A DNA stretch of 64,000 bases from Octopus bimaculoides (GCF_001194135.2 NC_068981.1:35940071-36004070), one strand, 5' to 3'. Positions 38,701 through 52,052 are shown, numbered from the stretch's first letter. Program-made: numbers and translations. Notes: generated from the sequence alone by a model not told the origin.

Positions 38701-39620
38701 CTGCTCACTGGTAACTTACCTACCCTTTGCATACTCAAGTTGATAATTAGATCCATCAAAATAGACAAAATAGGAAACAATAATGGCATGTAGGTTTATA
38801 TTAATGTAGTAGTGAAGTTAAGAATTGTGTAGTGAACAGAAGGACTTTGTGCATAAAATAAAATAAGCAAATTTCGTCTATGTATAGCAAGGGCAAGGAA
38901 CCTCTTGCTACAAACAAACTTTTGCCTGCCTTTCAATTTGAAAATACTTCTGAAAGTCACATATGAAAAAAATGGCTTGCATTGTTTAATATAATTGAAA
39001 TACTTATAAACTTTTATATTAAAGGATTCATTATTTTTCTCAGTACAAATTTTTCTCAGTACAAATTTTTCTCAGCACAGATCCTTATACATTTGCAGTT
39101 CATCCCTAGTGTTAAAAATGTTCCCCTCTTCTGGTTCTTCAAGCTCATTTCAGTTGCTTTGATATCATATTTGTCAAATATTAGAATTTCTTTAGTTTTG
39201 ACTTTTTGATGTTTACCAGCTGATTACAATGTATCAAATAATTACTAAGACAAAACAAATGACTAAAATCTTGGAAAAATGTTGATAATCTGTATTGGTA
39301 AAAATAAGTTAGTACAATTTATTTGAACTATCAGCAATAAAAGCCTCTCTTGGAAAGACAACGCAATGGAAAGTGGTTGGTAACAGGAAGGACATTGGCT
39401 GTAGAAAACATGTTAAAAATGGAACATGTGAGTAAAACATTGCCTTAGCTTATCTAGGAGAGCAGTATTTCCAAATAAGAATTGACTTGAACTGTGATAA
39501 TCCAACTAACCAATGCTGGCATCGAAAAGCAAATGTAAATTGATGACAATGATGATGAACAGATTCAACACAATGTCTTACAAAGATGTATTAATCACTT
39601 TGATTTATATACGCACATAC

Positions 39621-39666
<46 letters not shown>

Positions 39667-39999
39667 GTATGTGTGCTTCCTACATGGTTGTGTAACTATG
39701 TATTTGTCTTTGCATGTATTTAATGATGTCTGAACATATTTACACATAAATGTACATATTTGCGAAGTCATGTATGTATATGTATGTGTGTATATGGCCA
39801 AGTATATAGTTTGGTTATGAATGAGAAAGTGTGGCAAATTCTGACTGTCTCTTGAGATGTCAAGATTTTAAATCAAGAAATGAAAATATCAGATAATTAT
39901 TCAGTAGAAATTTAAGTCTTGAAAAGTTAAAAGCTATCAAGTAATGAAATGGGATACATGAGTGTGTCTGAAAACTGACAAGCTCTCTTAGTATATGCA

Positions 40000-40444
40000 G
40001 CAATTCCCTCAAACACATTCTCTCAACATCTCTGTTTGTCTGTCTCTTTCATTCTCCATCTCTCTGTCTACTCTCTCTACACACAGACATGCACTCTTTT
40101 GTCTCTCTGTTTCTGTCTCTCTTCCATTTCAGTTTTTTTTCTTTTTTTCACTTCTCTCCTTTCAATTCCTGTGTACCTTTCTCAACTTTTCTCTTTTCCA
40201 CTAATTTACATCTCTCTCTTTTTCATCTTTATTCCTATATCTGCATCTTTATTATCTATTTGTAACATTATTGCAGAATAATGTTACACCTTCCACTCTC
40301 ATATATTTTTCTCATCCTTCCCTCCTACCTTCTCTCTTTCTCTCTCTCTTTTCTTTTTATATTGCCATCTCTTTTCCCCTCCTGTAATTCCTCTCCTCAA
40401 TCTTTGTCTTACCTTTTCCTTTAAACTCAAAACCTTATTACACA

Positions 40445-40479
<35 letters not shown>

Positions 40480-40660
40480 TCTCTGTGCTTTCTCTCTGTT
40501 ACATTCTGTTTCATTCAACATCTTTCTTTCTGCTAGGCTGTCTTTCTATTGTAGTCTCATTCTGTTACACATTTCTAATTTTTTTCCTACTCCTATTGTA
40601 CTTTCCTCCCACTGAACCCACACCACCATCCATTAAATTCTTTCTCATTCATTTCTCCTA
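40000..40660 (+). repeat. Long CT-rich polypyrimidine/(CT)n tract
   Basis: Strong C/T strand bias over ~650 bp, including a pure (CT)n run near 40448-40476. Confidence 0.9.
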
Positions 40661-41247
40661 TTAAAGTCTTTTACACAAACAAGCATACATACAACCACAC
40701 ACACACTCATGGGTACTGCACACACATTTCTCACATACACACTAACATTACAAATATGAACTTGTTCATATTCACATTTCACATACACGTTTACATTCAT
40801 GTTCACATGTAATCACATATATGCACATATATACATGCTCTCTCTCTTTCTCTCTCTTTCACACACATACTTTATGTAGAGAAACAGACACACATAAATT
40901 TTTTTGTTAAAATATCAAATTTAAAAGACAATTCCATCCATTTACAATTGATATTAGAAGGAACAGCATCTTCGGTAATAACTTTATAATTGACACGAAC
41001 AACGAACATTGTTAGATTTAAAACAAAACACAACACAGCAAAAATAAAGTAAATAAAATAATCAAACAAAAAGATGGGAAAAAAAATTAACAAAATACGG
41101 TATTTAAAACAGCAACAACAGTAACAACAATAGTGACAACAACAATGAATCTACTCTTGTTTACAAGATGAACAATATTGTTATCTGAGATTACTTAAAT
41201 TTCTCTTTCTTTCTTGTTCCTTCTCACTCTCTCTTCTCTGTCACCAG

Positions 41248-41337
41248 ATCCATCATTTGCCATTAACTTCTCAAAGAGCTACGTCACATACCACATATTC
41301 ATTCAGAGAACATTGCTCATTTGTATTGGTTACAGAA
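41248..41337 (+). CDS. Candidate symmetric exon (90 nt)
   Basis: Long pyrimidine tract ending CTCTGTCACCAG, donor AGAA|GTAAGT. Open in phase 0 (IHHLPLTSQRATSHTTYSFREHCSFVLVTE) and phase 1 (xPSFAINFSKSYVTYHIFIQRTLLICIGYRx). Confidence 0.35.
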
Positions 41338-42054
41338 GTAAGTAATAAATTATCGAGTGGCTAAATTATTTAATTCCTGTTATGTGTAAAAGAACTCCTT
41401 CATATTGATGCCATGATTTTGTTCTTTACCACAAAATAAATATCTAAAAATTAAATATATAAATGAATGTAAAAAAATGCAAGCCAAATTTATTTCATTT
41501 AAATTTTTTAATTTTTAGTTTTAGTAAATTAAAGAACAACGATAACATTTTAAGATGTATGTATATAATATTTCTGTATATATACATCCTTCTATGTAGG
41601 ATGTATATATGTATATGTGCCTTGGGCATATTATGCATATGGAAACGTGTCAGCAATTTCAAGAAGTTCATTTTTGGGGTCCTGATGTTTTGGATTCAAT
41701 CCTACTCTGTGGAAACTTGAGCAACTGGCTCTTGCAGTAGACTTTGATAGCTTCAAGACTTGCCAGTGAAACTGAGGAGACAGAAACAGAGCTGAAGCCT
41801 TTTGCATAGATTAAACCTGTTATTGAAAGGTTCGCTACCTAAAGATTACATTAGGAGTAAATGTATCTGTAGAGTACTCAGCCACTTAAGCTATAAGTCA
41901 GTGAGTCACTAGCCCTGTTGATTAAAGAACAGAAACACTCATTTAACTCATGCGAGCATCTACAACTCATGCATGTCTACATATTTCTGTCTGTGTATTA
42001 TGATTACTATTGTCAGGATATTTGCTTAATTAATTTTTACTCATTTTGGTTTTC

Positions 42055-42270
42055 AATGAGTAATGAATTAATTGCTTCAAATTTTGGCACAATGTCAGCA
42101 ATTTTAAGGGGAAGAAGTTAGTTGATTACATTGACCCAAGTGTTCAATAGGTACTTTATTTTATCAACCTCAAAAGGATGAAAGGCAATGTTGGCTTTGG
42201 TAGAATTTTAACTCAGGATCTAAAATATCCGAAGAAATACTGTGCTAAGCAGTTTGCCTGACACATTAAA
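42055..42270 (-). mobile_element. Family A SINE copy
   Basis: TTTTGGCACAATGTCAGCAATTTTAAGGGG...GGTACTTTATTTTATCAACC..AAAGGATGAAAGGCAATG...GAATTTTAACTCAG. Confidence 0.8.
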
Positions 42271-45067
42271 TCTATTTTGCATTTCTTCTCTTTAAGTTTA
42301 TTTTTGGCTACTCCAGAAATAAATTAGCTTTTTTGTAATATTTCTTTTCTTTGAAGAAAAGGACTCCACATGTCTTATTGATAACCACTTAAGTTGCAAG
42401 CAAACATGTAATTTTTTTTTTATTCCTTATGATGAGGTAGAGTAGCATTCAAAATATTTGCAGTCATTCCCTAACTTGTGAGGGCAATGTGGCTGATGTT
42501 CAGTTAATGGTGTTGAAACCAATTAAACAATAATTTGAGCAGACAAGCAAGATCCAATAGGCTACAATCTAGGAAGGAAGAGGTATACAAAGTCAAGTAT
42601 TTGGAGTGGCCAAGTGAAAGAATAAAGCACTAGATTTCGATATTTGGTTTAAGGTAAAATACAGTTCAGGTATCAAAACATAGAAAGAGATATGTGATGG
42701 GTTTTTTTCTTTTATTTGAGTCAAAGGCATAGCAAGGAAATGTTAGTAGCTTGTTAAATATTTGTTTATGTGTAGAAATAAAATGCATTGTATCAAAGTA
42801 GAAATAGACATTTATGTAGATTAATTTATCTTGACTTGAATACACTTCTGCATATCAATACACACGTCTATCTGTCTATCTTTCTCTCCTTCTCTCCCTC
42901 CCCCCTCTCTCTCTCACATGCAAATTCACTACGTATTTGTGAATAGTACAAATTGCATTAAATTGTGATATTTCTTCATAATACAGAATGAAGTTATGTC
43001 CACTTAAAAAGCATGAAGTTTTTCTTGAGGACAATTATGAAGATGATGTTGATATGAGGTAGTGGAGGAAGAGGAAATAAAAGTAGATATAGACATCTCC
43101 TGCATTGACAACACTGCTGACAAGTATATAAAGGATAATGACAAGTTTGAAGACGTTAAATGAAGATGGTTGGATGCTATTGCTCATCTTGAAATTTTGT
43201 GAGATGATGCTTCTCTAAATGCCAGATGCATCTCATTCACACTTATCATAGATGGCTTCACTGACACTGAGCTTATTTTCTCTGCCTTACTGCACCAATG
43301 AGTATCTCTGCTGCCTTTGAAATATTTGATGGCTGCTGCTGTCTCACTTGCTTTATTCTGACTATATCAAACTGTAGTATCTCACTTGAAGAATCAATAC
43401 AGTCCAAATTATTTCATCTTCCTCTCTTTAAATATGCATTAAGAGAATTCATTTTCTCCCAGAGTGATATCTTAATATAGAAGTGACACCCTCATGATCA
43501 CTGCTGCTCTAAGACGTGATAATTTTGTCAACTCTTGATCTTCTCTGTGTTATATTTAGTTGCTTCAGTGAGTTCAACTTTTCTAGGTAACAGTTATATC
43601 TTAGTTCAACTACTTTTCTATTCCAATCTATTGCAACTTTAATGTGCTTGATTTCTGCTCTGACAGAAACTGTGGAAAGCCAAATAAGGGGAGAATGATG
43701 GAATTGAAGTAAATGACAAATATTATTATTATTTCACATTCTGATTGGATGTATTCATTTCTGGAATGATAGAAACTATTATTCAATTTACTTTTCTATT
43801 TCTAAATTAGATTTCTCAGCTCTTTCTATAACTTCCATCAATACTAATGTTGGATTTATATAATTTTAATAAAGTTTCTCTGTTGTGAATATTGAACAAC
43901 TAATCAATGTGTGTACCATAAATGAAAGACTACTGTTTTTGTCATATGCTGAAATTATCTTTTAAATTAATTAATGTATTGATTATTTTTATGTAACTTA
44001 TTCAATCTGGTTGCTGTCATGAATATCTGAACAACTGTTGTAGATATGTAGATCTAAATAGCTAAATAGCTATGAGCAAACAATAAATCTTCCTCTGGAT
44101 AAGAAACTAGTCTAATTTATCACTAGTAATATTACTCCCAGGAGATCTATAATGTTTCTAATAGTAAACTGAGTGAAATATGCATTTATAATTAAGTATA
44201 TAACCCAAATACAAATCAAAATGCTTTTGCAATGATTTTGAACTGAAGTCCTGTGAGTTTATTGTAACAAGATCATATCCAGCCATTTTATTCAAAATTA
44301 GTAGAGAATATTTTGTGGAAACTTTTCTCTGCAGTCTGACTTTGGGCATGTTTCCTTTTCTGTATGTGATAAGGTTGAACATTAGGAGACAACAAATTAG
44401 CTTTTGTGACTATTTCTAATGAAGTACTTCACTGCCTAAATTTAAAAAAAACAACTTGAAAATAAAACAAAAATTGAAAAATTTAAGAAAATAACAATTT
44501 TTTTCCATTTATGGTGTGTGGAAGTTAAGCTTGCAACGAGTTCTTATTTTATATTACAATAGGGAGACTTAAATTCAATATGAACATTTTAAAACAAGTG
44601 GTTTGTATGAAATACCCTGAGGTAGTCTGAGACAAGTTGGCAACAAAAGAATTAAATCACTGATGTTATACTATGTACTATGAATGGAAATAAAATAGTA
44701 TCAGTTTAATGTCTGTGGAATATAAACATTAGGAATGATCTCCATAAAATTCCGTCATATCTATATGTAATATTGATAAAGATTATAAAGATTGTAAAGA
44801 ATCCCTGGTTTTAATGTTATATGTATTAAAATTGTGAGTGTCTTTGAGTAAAAAAAATTCAATACTGTTACAATTTTTATTCTGTGCAAAATCACATGAG
44901 TTAAAACAGTTTTTCTACTGTTTCAGAGATTAAACATACTAAACTTGGTGCTTGATGCTTTTAAGTCCTTTTTGATTTGATTTAATCTTTATTTATTTAA
45001 TGGAATTCAATTGCATTCAAGTAATATTTTATAATACCACAAAAATACCAATCTAAGAAATCTTATG

Positions 45068-45105
<38 letters not shown>

Positions 45106-45539
45106 CACACACACGTGTATATAATTTCCTGGTCTATATGTCTTATGTCTGAATACTCTTTACTTTGTCCTATATACAAGGCGCCAATTCTTAATACCAC
45201 AACAGGAGTTCATAATTCATGCTCTATCAAAGTGATAAGTGAATGAGACAACTTCTATAGTGCTGGTACCACAAAATTTACCCAGTACACTCTGTAAAGT
45301 GACTGGTGGTAAGTTGGGCTTCATTCTCTCAAAGCAGCAGTTACCAATAGGTGATGACTTAGACTGTGATGACTTGTCTGGAAGCTGTGGTTTAAGTCAA
45401 TGGCGATTTTATTGAATAAATTTACTCTTTAGTATTTCAAGATGTTTTATGTAATTTTGGTAAATATATGTTAAAATGAGATGTCAGTGTTATTTTCATT
45501 TTTGCGTAATTTAGACAACAATTTATTCTCCACTTCCTG

Positions 45540-45584
<45 letters not shown>

Positions 45585-45735
45585 GATGGGCTTCTTTCAA
45601 TTTCCATCTACCAAATTCACTCACAAGGTTTTGGTCTGCCTGAGGCTATAGTAGAAGTCACCTGCCCAATATTCTACACAGTGGGACTGAGCCCAGAACC
45701 ATGTGGTTAGGGAAGTAAGCTTCTTACCCCGTGCC
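45585..45735 (-). mobile_element. Family B SINE, immediately left of the mariner
   Basis: GGGCTTCTTTCAATTTCCATCTACCAAATTCACTCACAAGG...GCTATAGTAGAAG..CAGTGGGACTGAGCCCAGAACCATGTGGTT. Confidence 0.85.
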
Positions 45736-45751
45736 TATATATATATATAAA

Positions 45752-46916
45752 TTAGTGTGTTTGGTAAGTAATTGCATTTTACCAGAAAGGAAACAAATGT
45801 AAACTACGTTTATCTGAATAGTTTTAATCAAGAATGTAATCACCATCATTTTCAACAACTGCAGCTCTGCTGGAAAGTAAGTATTTTTATGCTACGTTTA
45901 AAGAAACCTATTTCTTTTCCTGAAAAAAGTCTGAAAGACAGTTTTCAATTTCTTCTCCGCTTCTGAATGTTTTGCCTCACATAAAATGTTCTAGTAACCA
46001 GAACAGATGGAAATTCATATGTGATAAGTCAGATGAGTATGTGGAAGAACTTCGCATCCTAACGATCTTATTTTTTGTTGGGTTTGTTTTGAAGAGTGTG
46101 ACCTTGCATTGTGATGCTGGAGAATAACACCTTTTCTGCTTATCAAAGCTAGCCACTTTTGACATAATCTTTCATTTTACATGATCAAGTTGTTGGCAAC
46201 AGACATCTGCATGTTCCAGTAGCTCATAATGGACAATACCTTTCATGTTCTACCAAACACAGAACAAGGATTTTTGTGGATAGATTTCCGGTTTTGGTGT
46301 TGGCACTGGCCTCTCATTATGTGATAACCATTGTCGTTTTCTGTTGTGATGCAAAACCTTTTGTTCATCTTCTGTAACAATGCACTGTAGAAATGATGGG
46401 TTGTTATTCCTGGTTAGAAGACTGCTGCAAATGGTGGAAGCTCATGTGGAATCCAAATTTCCTCTTTGAATGTTTTCCCAGTTTGCTTGAGATGTTTGTG
46501 GATAGTTGAACATAACACATTAGATTTTTGTGCCACATCTCTGGTGTTTTGACATGGATCTGATACAAGATTCTCATCCAAAAGTTCGTCATTCAGAGCG
46601 GGTCGTCTACCAGAGCAAGATTTGTTGGATATGTCGTAATCACCATTTTTAAACCTCTTAAACCACAGCTGACATGCATGAGCTTTCACTGCACCTGGAT
46701 ACTTTTCTTTTGAGACTCATATAGTAAGCAATGACGAATATGTTGTTTCATAAAGTTCTTGTCCTCCACAGGGCTAATTACCAAAATAACTATACTGGAT
46801 AGAAGAGCTGATATACTATTTTTAGACAGTAACCTCCCATTCGACCTTTGCCCTGGTGTGGTTGATTAATCCATATTTCAAAGTGGTGAAAAACTGCAAT
46901 CACTTTCTGAACACCC

Positions 46917-46919
<3 letters not shown>
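45752..46919 (-). mobile_element. Decayed mariner (Tc1/mariner, DD34D) element with degenerate ~28 bp TIRs; transposase remnant ~46751 to ~45824
   Basis: Minus-strand remnants: MKQHIRHCLLYE, WFKRFKNGD, WIPHEL (WVPHEL motif), IVTEDE, LQHHNARSH, YSSDLS..NFHLF (YSPDLAPSD), ENDGDYILD*. Left end TTAGTGTGTTTGGTAAGTAATTGCATTTT vs reverse complement of right end TTAGGGTGTTCAGAAAGTGATTGCAGTTT. Confidence 0.93.
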
Positions 46920-46974
<55 letters not shown>

Positions 46975-49293
46975 CGTAGAAAAGATTTTTGTTTATTTAC
47001 TTGCAAAATGTTATATGACTTTTTGCTTTCGCAAGAGTGTGGCCTTTGTTTAACATTTGTTAAAAATCTATTTAAAATAATAATCTCAATTTTGTGTGTG
47101 TTGTGATTATCTAATAAGTTTTAGAATTTACTTAAGTACAATTCCAACAAACAACTGAAACTTATGTATTCTAATGACAATAGTATCAAATATGATGCTA
47201 TAAGTAGGAGGCTAAGTTTATAATATATATTCTGTCTAAAATTGATACAAGCTATCCAAAACAAGCTCGATATAAACGATAATTTAAAGTTCAAGTGAGT
47301 GCTATAGCAGACCAACTTGTAATTGTTACCCAAAAAATTTCTCTAAGAATATCTTTCTTGTATATTATTTCAATTTAATCCCTTTGCCTCAGGAATATGC
47401 TCATCAAATATCAAATGGGCTGAAAATCATAATAATATAGTGAAAAAAATTGTTTCTCCAAATATGAAATTCAGTTCCATTGAACAAACAGATAAATTCT
47501 ACAACTAATCTCATAAAAGGAAAAGAAATATAGCATAATAACTTCCTTTTACTCCTTTTAATATGCATTTTTGATGCAGTGCATTTTTCTTTGTTTTCTT
47601 AATTTCAGTTTCACATAAATGTGTGCTTGTGCATATGCATATGTGCATGCACATGCAAGACACAGAAGAAGACTGCTTACTCAGTTTTAATACATCTCCC
47701 ACAGTACAAAATTATAGGAAGGAGAAAAGAAATAATATGCCATAAAAATAAAATGAAACAAAGTTGGCTGTTAATAGGGAAAGAAAGAAAAAGGGTAATC
47801 TAAGAGAAGAAAGTAATTTGTGAAGTGAGAAAACCCATTTTCCTACACATCTCTTTCTCTCTGGCAGCATGTCAGTACCGAAGCCAAGCAAGATAATGAA
47901 CTGGGCCATACAGAAACAACTTAAGCAGTGGAGCATCAAATTAAGCATATCAACAAATAAACTGCCTAAGAATCTCCTGTGACTGTATTATTACAAGTCA
48001 ATCTTATTGAATTACTCAGTATCAGACATGAAGCCTGACTGAGAGAGCAATGAACAGTAGCAGAATAAGGGGATGTGAGAGCAAGATTGGCTCATGTTTA
48101 GAGTTGTAACCTATGACACTAACCTTAATTAGAAGTGGTGTTGGAGGAGACACAACTGCATAATGCTCTCACTGTTTTGTTAACTAGTTTTCAGTGTATA
48201 TGTATCTGACCATGTTATACTGATAAATCAATCCTAATAGATTAAGTAATCAAATTTGGTATGGATATGTGTGGAGGTAAGGGTGATTGGAAGAAGGAAA
48301 GAGAGAAATAAAGACATAAAGGAAGGAGAGAATATTCTCCAGCAACATAATATTTTGACTCCAGCAAAAATAAACACTTGTATTTGTTATTTCTTGTCCA
48401 ACCTAGAGTACAAGAAATTTTTTTATTTTTTATTTTTCATGATCTACCTGAGAGTTTCAAATTTACAGCTACTTGCTGAAGAAGCCAGAAAAGCAGAAAC
48501 TTATCTTTTTTAAGATGATTTGATCTTAGTGGAAACACTTTTCTGTTTCTACCTAGTCTCCTTTTTAATCTTTTTACCTTGTCCATGGCTGTTCCTGCTA
48601 GAAGTTAAATGAGACAACAGTGATCCCAAGTTTAATGATAAAATACAGAATTCTTGATTATATGTGATTTTAATTTTTGTATGTCAAAGTGCATTGACTG
48701 TTTTTCCATCACCCTACTGTTGCTCTTTCGTCATCATCATTCACCATCACTACTGCTACCAGTGCTGATACTGCTGCTGCCCTTACCCCACCATCATCAT
48801 CATAATCATCACCTTCCAAAGTATTTGATGACCATCTTCTTTATCATTACTTGCTTTTTTGCTATCATTATCAATTTTTCCCACATATTCAGTTTTACAT
48901 ACCATATATACTTTGTATAAGAATTGCAGTGATAGAAATGTCATGCTCTATTCTTTGTGTTACAAGACTTTGGCTTCAGACTTTGGCCAGAACATAAGTC
49001 ACATGTTGTTGGTTTTGAATACTGTTTACAACTTAGCTTGCAATTTCATTTAAATGAAATATTGAACTAAAATATTCTCAAATATAGTCTATAAAGCCTA
49101 GCAAATACTCAGAACCATAAATATTGTAAAAATGTTTGTATGATCAATGTTTAGGACAATCAGAACAACCCATACTTTTGACATGCTACTCCTGATTGAT
49201 TGACAATATTTACTGCATCTAATGACTATAAGGATTACAGCTTGCTGGTTGGGAACTGCACTTGTAATGTGTAATGTCTACTTATCTATACAT

Positions 49294-49295
<2 letters not shown>

Positions 49296-49325
<30 letters not shown>

Positions 49326-49335
49326 TGTATGTATG

Positions 49336-49373
<38 letters not shown>

Positions 49374-49401
49374 GATAGATAGATAGATAGATAGATAGAT
49401 A
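49296..49401. repeat. Compound tetranucleotide microsatellite (TATG)n-(TATC)n-(AGAT)n containing a 58 bp perfect palindrome
   Basis: Read directly. Arms 49344-49372 and 49373-49401 are exact reverse complements. Confidence 0.95.
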
Positions 49402-49744
49402 TGCTCAGGTATTGATGTCGAAATTACGGCAATATCTATTTGGCAACTGATGATGAGAATACATATTTGTAATGCCTGTTTATGAATTTTTATATCTTAG
49501 TCTCGATATTCTGAGTTGTCCTTCATTCTAGTAAAGTGGAAAGCATTTTGTGGGTTCATGGATTGTAGAGATTACTTACACAGATATAAGTTGTTTTTAT
49601 TCATAGATAATCTTATTAAATTAGATATCTTATTAGACACTTAGATATTTTCATAAACTTACAACCAGTATAGAAAGTACAATTGGTGATACAGAAAAAT
49701 ATAACCATTTGTCAGAACTAATACTGTTAATAATAATTGTTTAT

Positions 49745-49885
49745 AATTTAGGCACAAGGCCAGCAATTTTAAGGGAGGGGAGAAAAGAAATTTCAAGAGG
49801 AGGGTATTAGCTGATTACATGGACTATAGTAGCAGAGCAGTACTTTATTTTTCAAACATTGGAGGGATGAAAAGCCAAGTTAACC
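49745..49885 (-). mobile_element. Family A SINE 3' part
   Basis: GGCACAAGGCCAGCAATTTTAAGGG...GTACTTTATTTTTCAAAC..GGAGGGATGAAAAGCCAAG. Confidence 0.7.
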
Positions 49886-50165
49886 TGGTGTATCATTACT
49901 TATTTCTCTCTGAGACCACAATACAGAATTCCCTAAGAATTACATTGAGTTTTGTCACTCTTTATATCAAGAAAACAAACTTATACCTTATCCTCTTTAG
50001 TTTGAATAAAATGCAATTAAAATCTTCTAAGTTGCTACAAATGATAGGCTTCTTTATTTCTGATGATTTTTTCCCCTGTCAATCCTACATACATAAACAA
50101 ATAAAAACTACATTTCAAACAGTTCCTCCAATTCAGTACTAGAAAAATACTTTAGATCTTATTTG

Positions 50166-50590
50166 CTTCTGACCATTTACAAAGCCCTAGTAAAACCTAC
50201 ACTGGTGTATTGCTCCCACCTCTAAGACAATGCTGATGCTACATTCACAAATATTGAAATAAATGACATCAAATAGGAAATCCATCAGATTTTCTCTCTT
50301 TGCTTATTCTATCACTGCTACTGAAGCCTCTGCTCCCTGGAACTAGATTTTACTCACAACTTCATTACAGGTCCACACAAAACATCTATTTTTCTGTCCC
50401 TCATTAATACAGGGTACCTCATTTACCCCAAATATGTACCACTCTTGACATTTAATCATTTATTTTCAGTGCATCACCTTCCTTTCCTAACAATGGCTTT
50501 TCTACAGACATCAACTTACAGATATTGAAACTGAACATCAGCCATTCTAATCTCATCAGTCTCTGATAGCCTATGAAGGACATGGATATT
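50166..50590 (+). mobile_element. Highly decayed CR1/L2-group LINE 3' remnant
   Basis: Manual translation gives LLTIYKALVKPTLVYCSHL*, FYHCY*SLCSLEL and FSTDINLQILKLNISHSNLISL*. These match the post-RT motifs (IYKA.VRP.LEYCSHIW, CS.EL, NLQIFKSNIN) of CR1-group LINEs as I recall them. Confidence 0.6.
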
Positions 50591-50941
50591 GCTCTTCTTC
50601 CCTCCTGTCCATGAGAGAGTCTCCATCTTAACAAATACTAACCCCCCCCCCACTATTGCCATACTCACTTGCAAGTGAGTATGACTTCATAGCATGTACC
50701 ATGCTTATGGTGTTTTAAGTGCATATAAAGTTATAAGCAGATATAGACATTCTTTCCATATGCATATAAACACACACACACAACCCACATGCACTCACAT
50801 AAACACACATATTCATATAAAGCTATATCAACCCATGTCAGCTTGGAGAGATGGATGCTATAACATAGATGATATACTCTATACTTATGCACAAATAGAA
50901 ACGATCACAAATATTACCAATACACACTGAATTGCATGCAT

Positions 50942-50985
<44 letters not shown>

Positions 50986-51263
50986 CGATAGATGCACCTT
51001 CCACTGCTTTCCCAGTATGTTACTTACATTTGTTCTCTGTGTAACATAATCTAAAATCTATTAGATAAATCTGTAGACTTCTCTTTCTAGTAACAACGTT
51101 AATAGAGAGATTTTCAATAATTGTCTCAGTAAACCAATATCTATGCCTATGCAAATCAGTGGCTTCACAGAGATGTACATTCTTGAACTCTGAGCATCAA
51201 TAAGAATTACTTACATGAAGTACAATCTACATATCACTTACTATTCTATATCTACCTACCTAC

Positions 51264-51297
<34 letters not shown>

Positions 51298-51643
51298 GTC
51301 TGTCTGTCTGTAAATATACATATATTGATGCATTCAAAGGCATTAATATATATACTTCAACCCATGCTAGCATGGAAAGCGGATGTTAAACGATGATGAT
51401 ATATATGTATGTATATATATATNNNNNNNNNNGTGTGTGTGTGTGTGTTTGTTTACATTTGTGCTTCTCTGGAAATTTCTCAACTACAAGCAGTGTTGTC
51501 ATTTCTCCTGACATCCAGTCACTCACTGGCTTTGCAATTCCAAAGCCTTATACAATAAGACTCCTCTTGAAAACAACTAAGAGGTAGTTACAGGAAGGAC
51601 ATCACTTCCTGTTGAAAAAGAATTCATAACTCCAACTAAAAAT

Positions 51644-52052
51644 ATTTGTCTCCCCTTACACACACTTCCTGTTTTGACACCACACTTCCTGCTTAACACA
51701 AACTTTTAACCCTTTTTTAAACCTAACACAACTCTCAATTTTCATGCATCCCTATTTTTCCAACCATTATATACATGAACTACCATTGAACTTCAAAAGC
51801 TCAACGACAATATAATGTATTGGTATATTTATTTTTTTATGTATTATTTTTTTTATATATTATTTTCTTCATTTTGTACTTCTTTGTAAAAAACATTTTC
51901 ATTCTCCTTCTTCTTGATAATTTGCTTCACAATGAAAACCGGTTAGAAATCTTTTATTAAAATATGCTTCCAGTTTAGCATTCTGCCTTTTTTTCATTTT
52001 CCTATTATTTCTCCACATGCGGTTAACACAACCCCACTATTTACTGACTTAT
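51644..52052 (-). repeat. Unclassified ~410 bp repeat, copy 2 of an inverted pair
   Basis: ATTTGTCTCCCC...CCCCACTATTTACTGACTTAT. Contains a ~40 bp segment missing from copy 1. Confidence 0.95.

Noticed and set aside
47868-47982. Terminal-exon candidate MSVPKPSKIMNWAIQKQLKQW...
   Set aside because: Good acceptor, but only a 37-codon frame with no other support.
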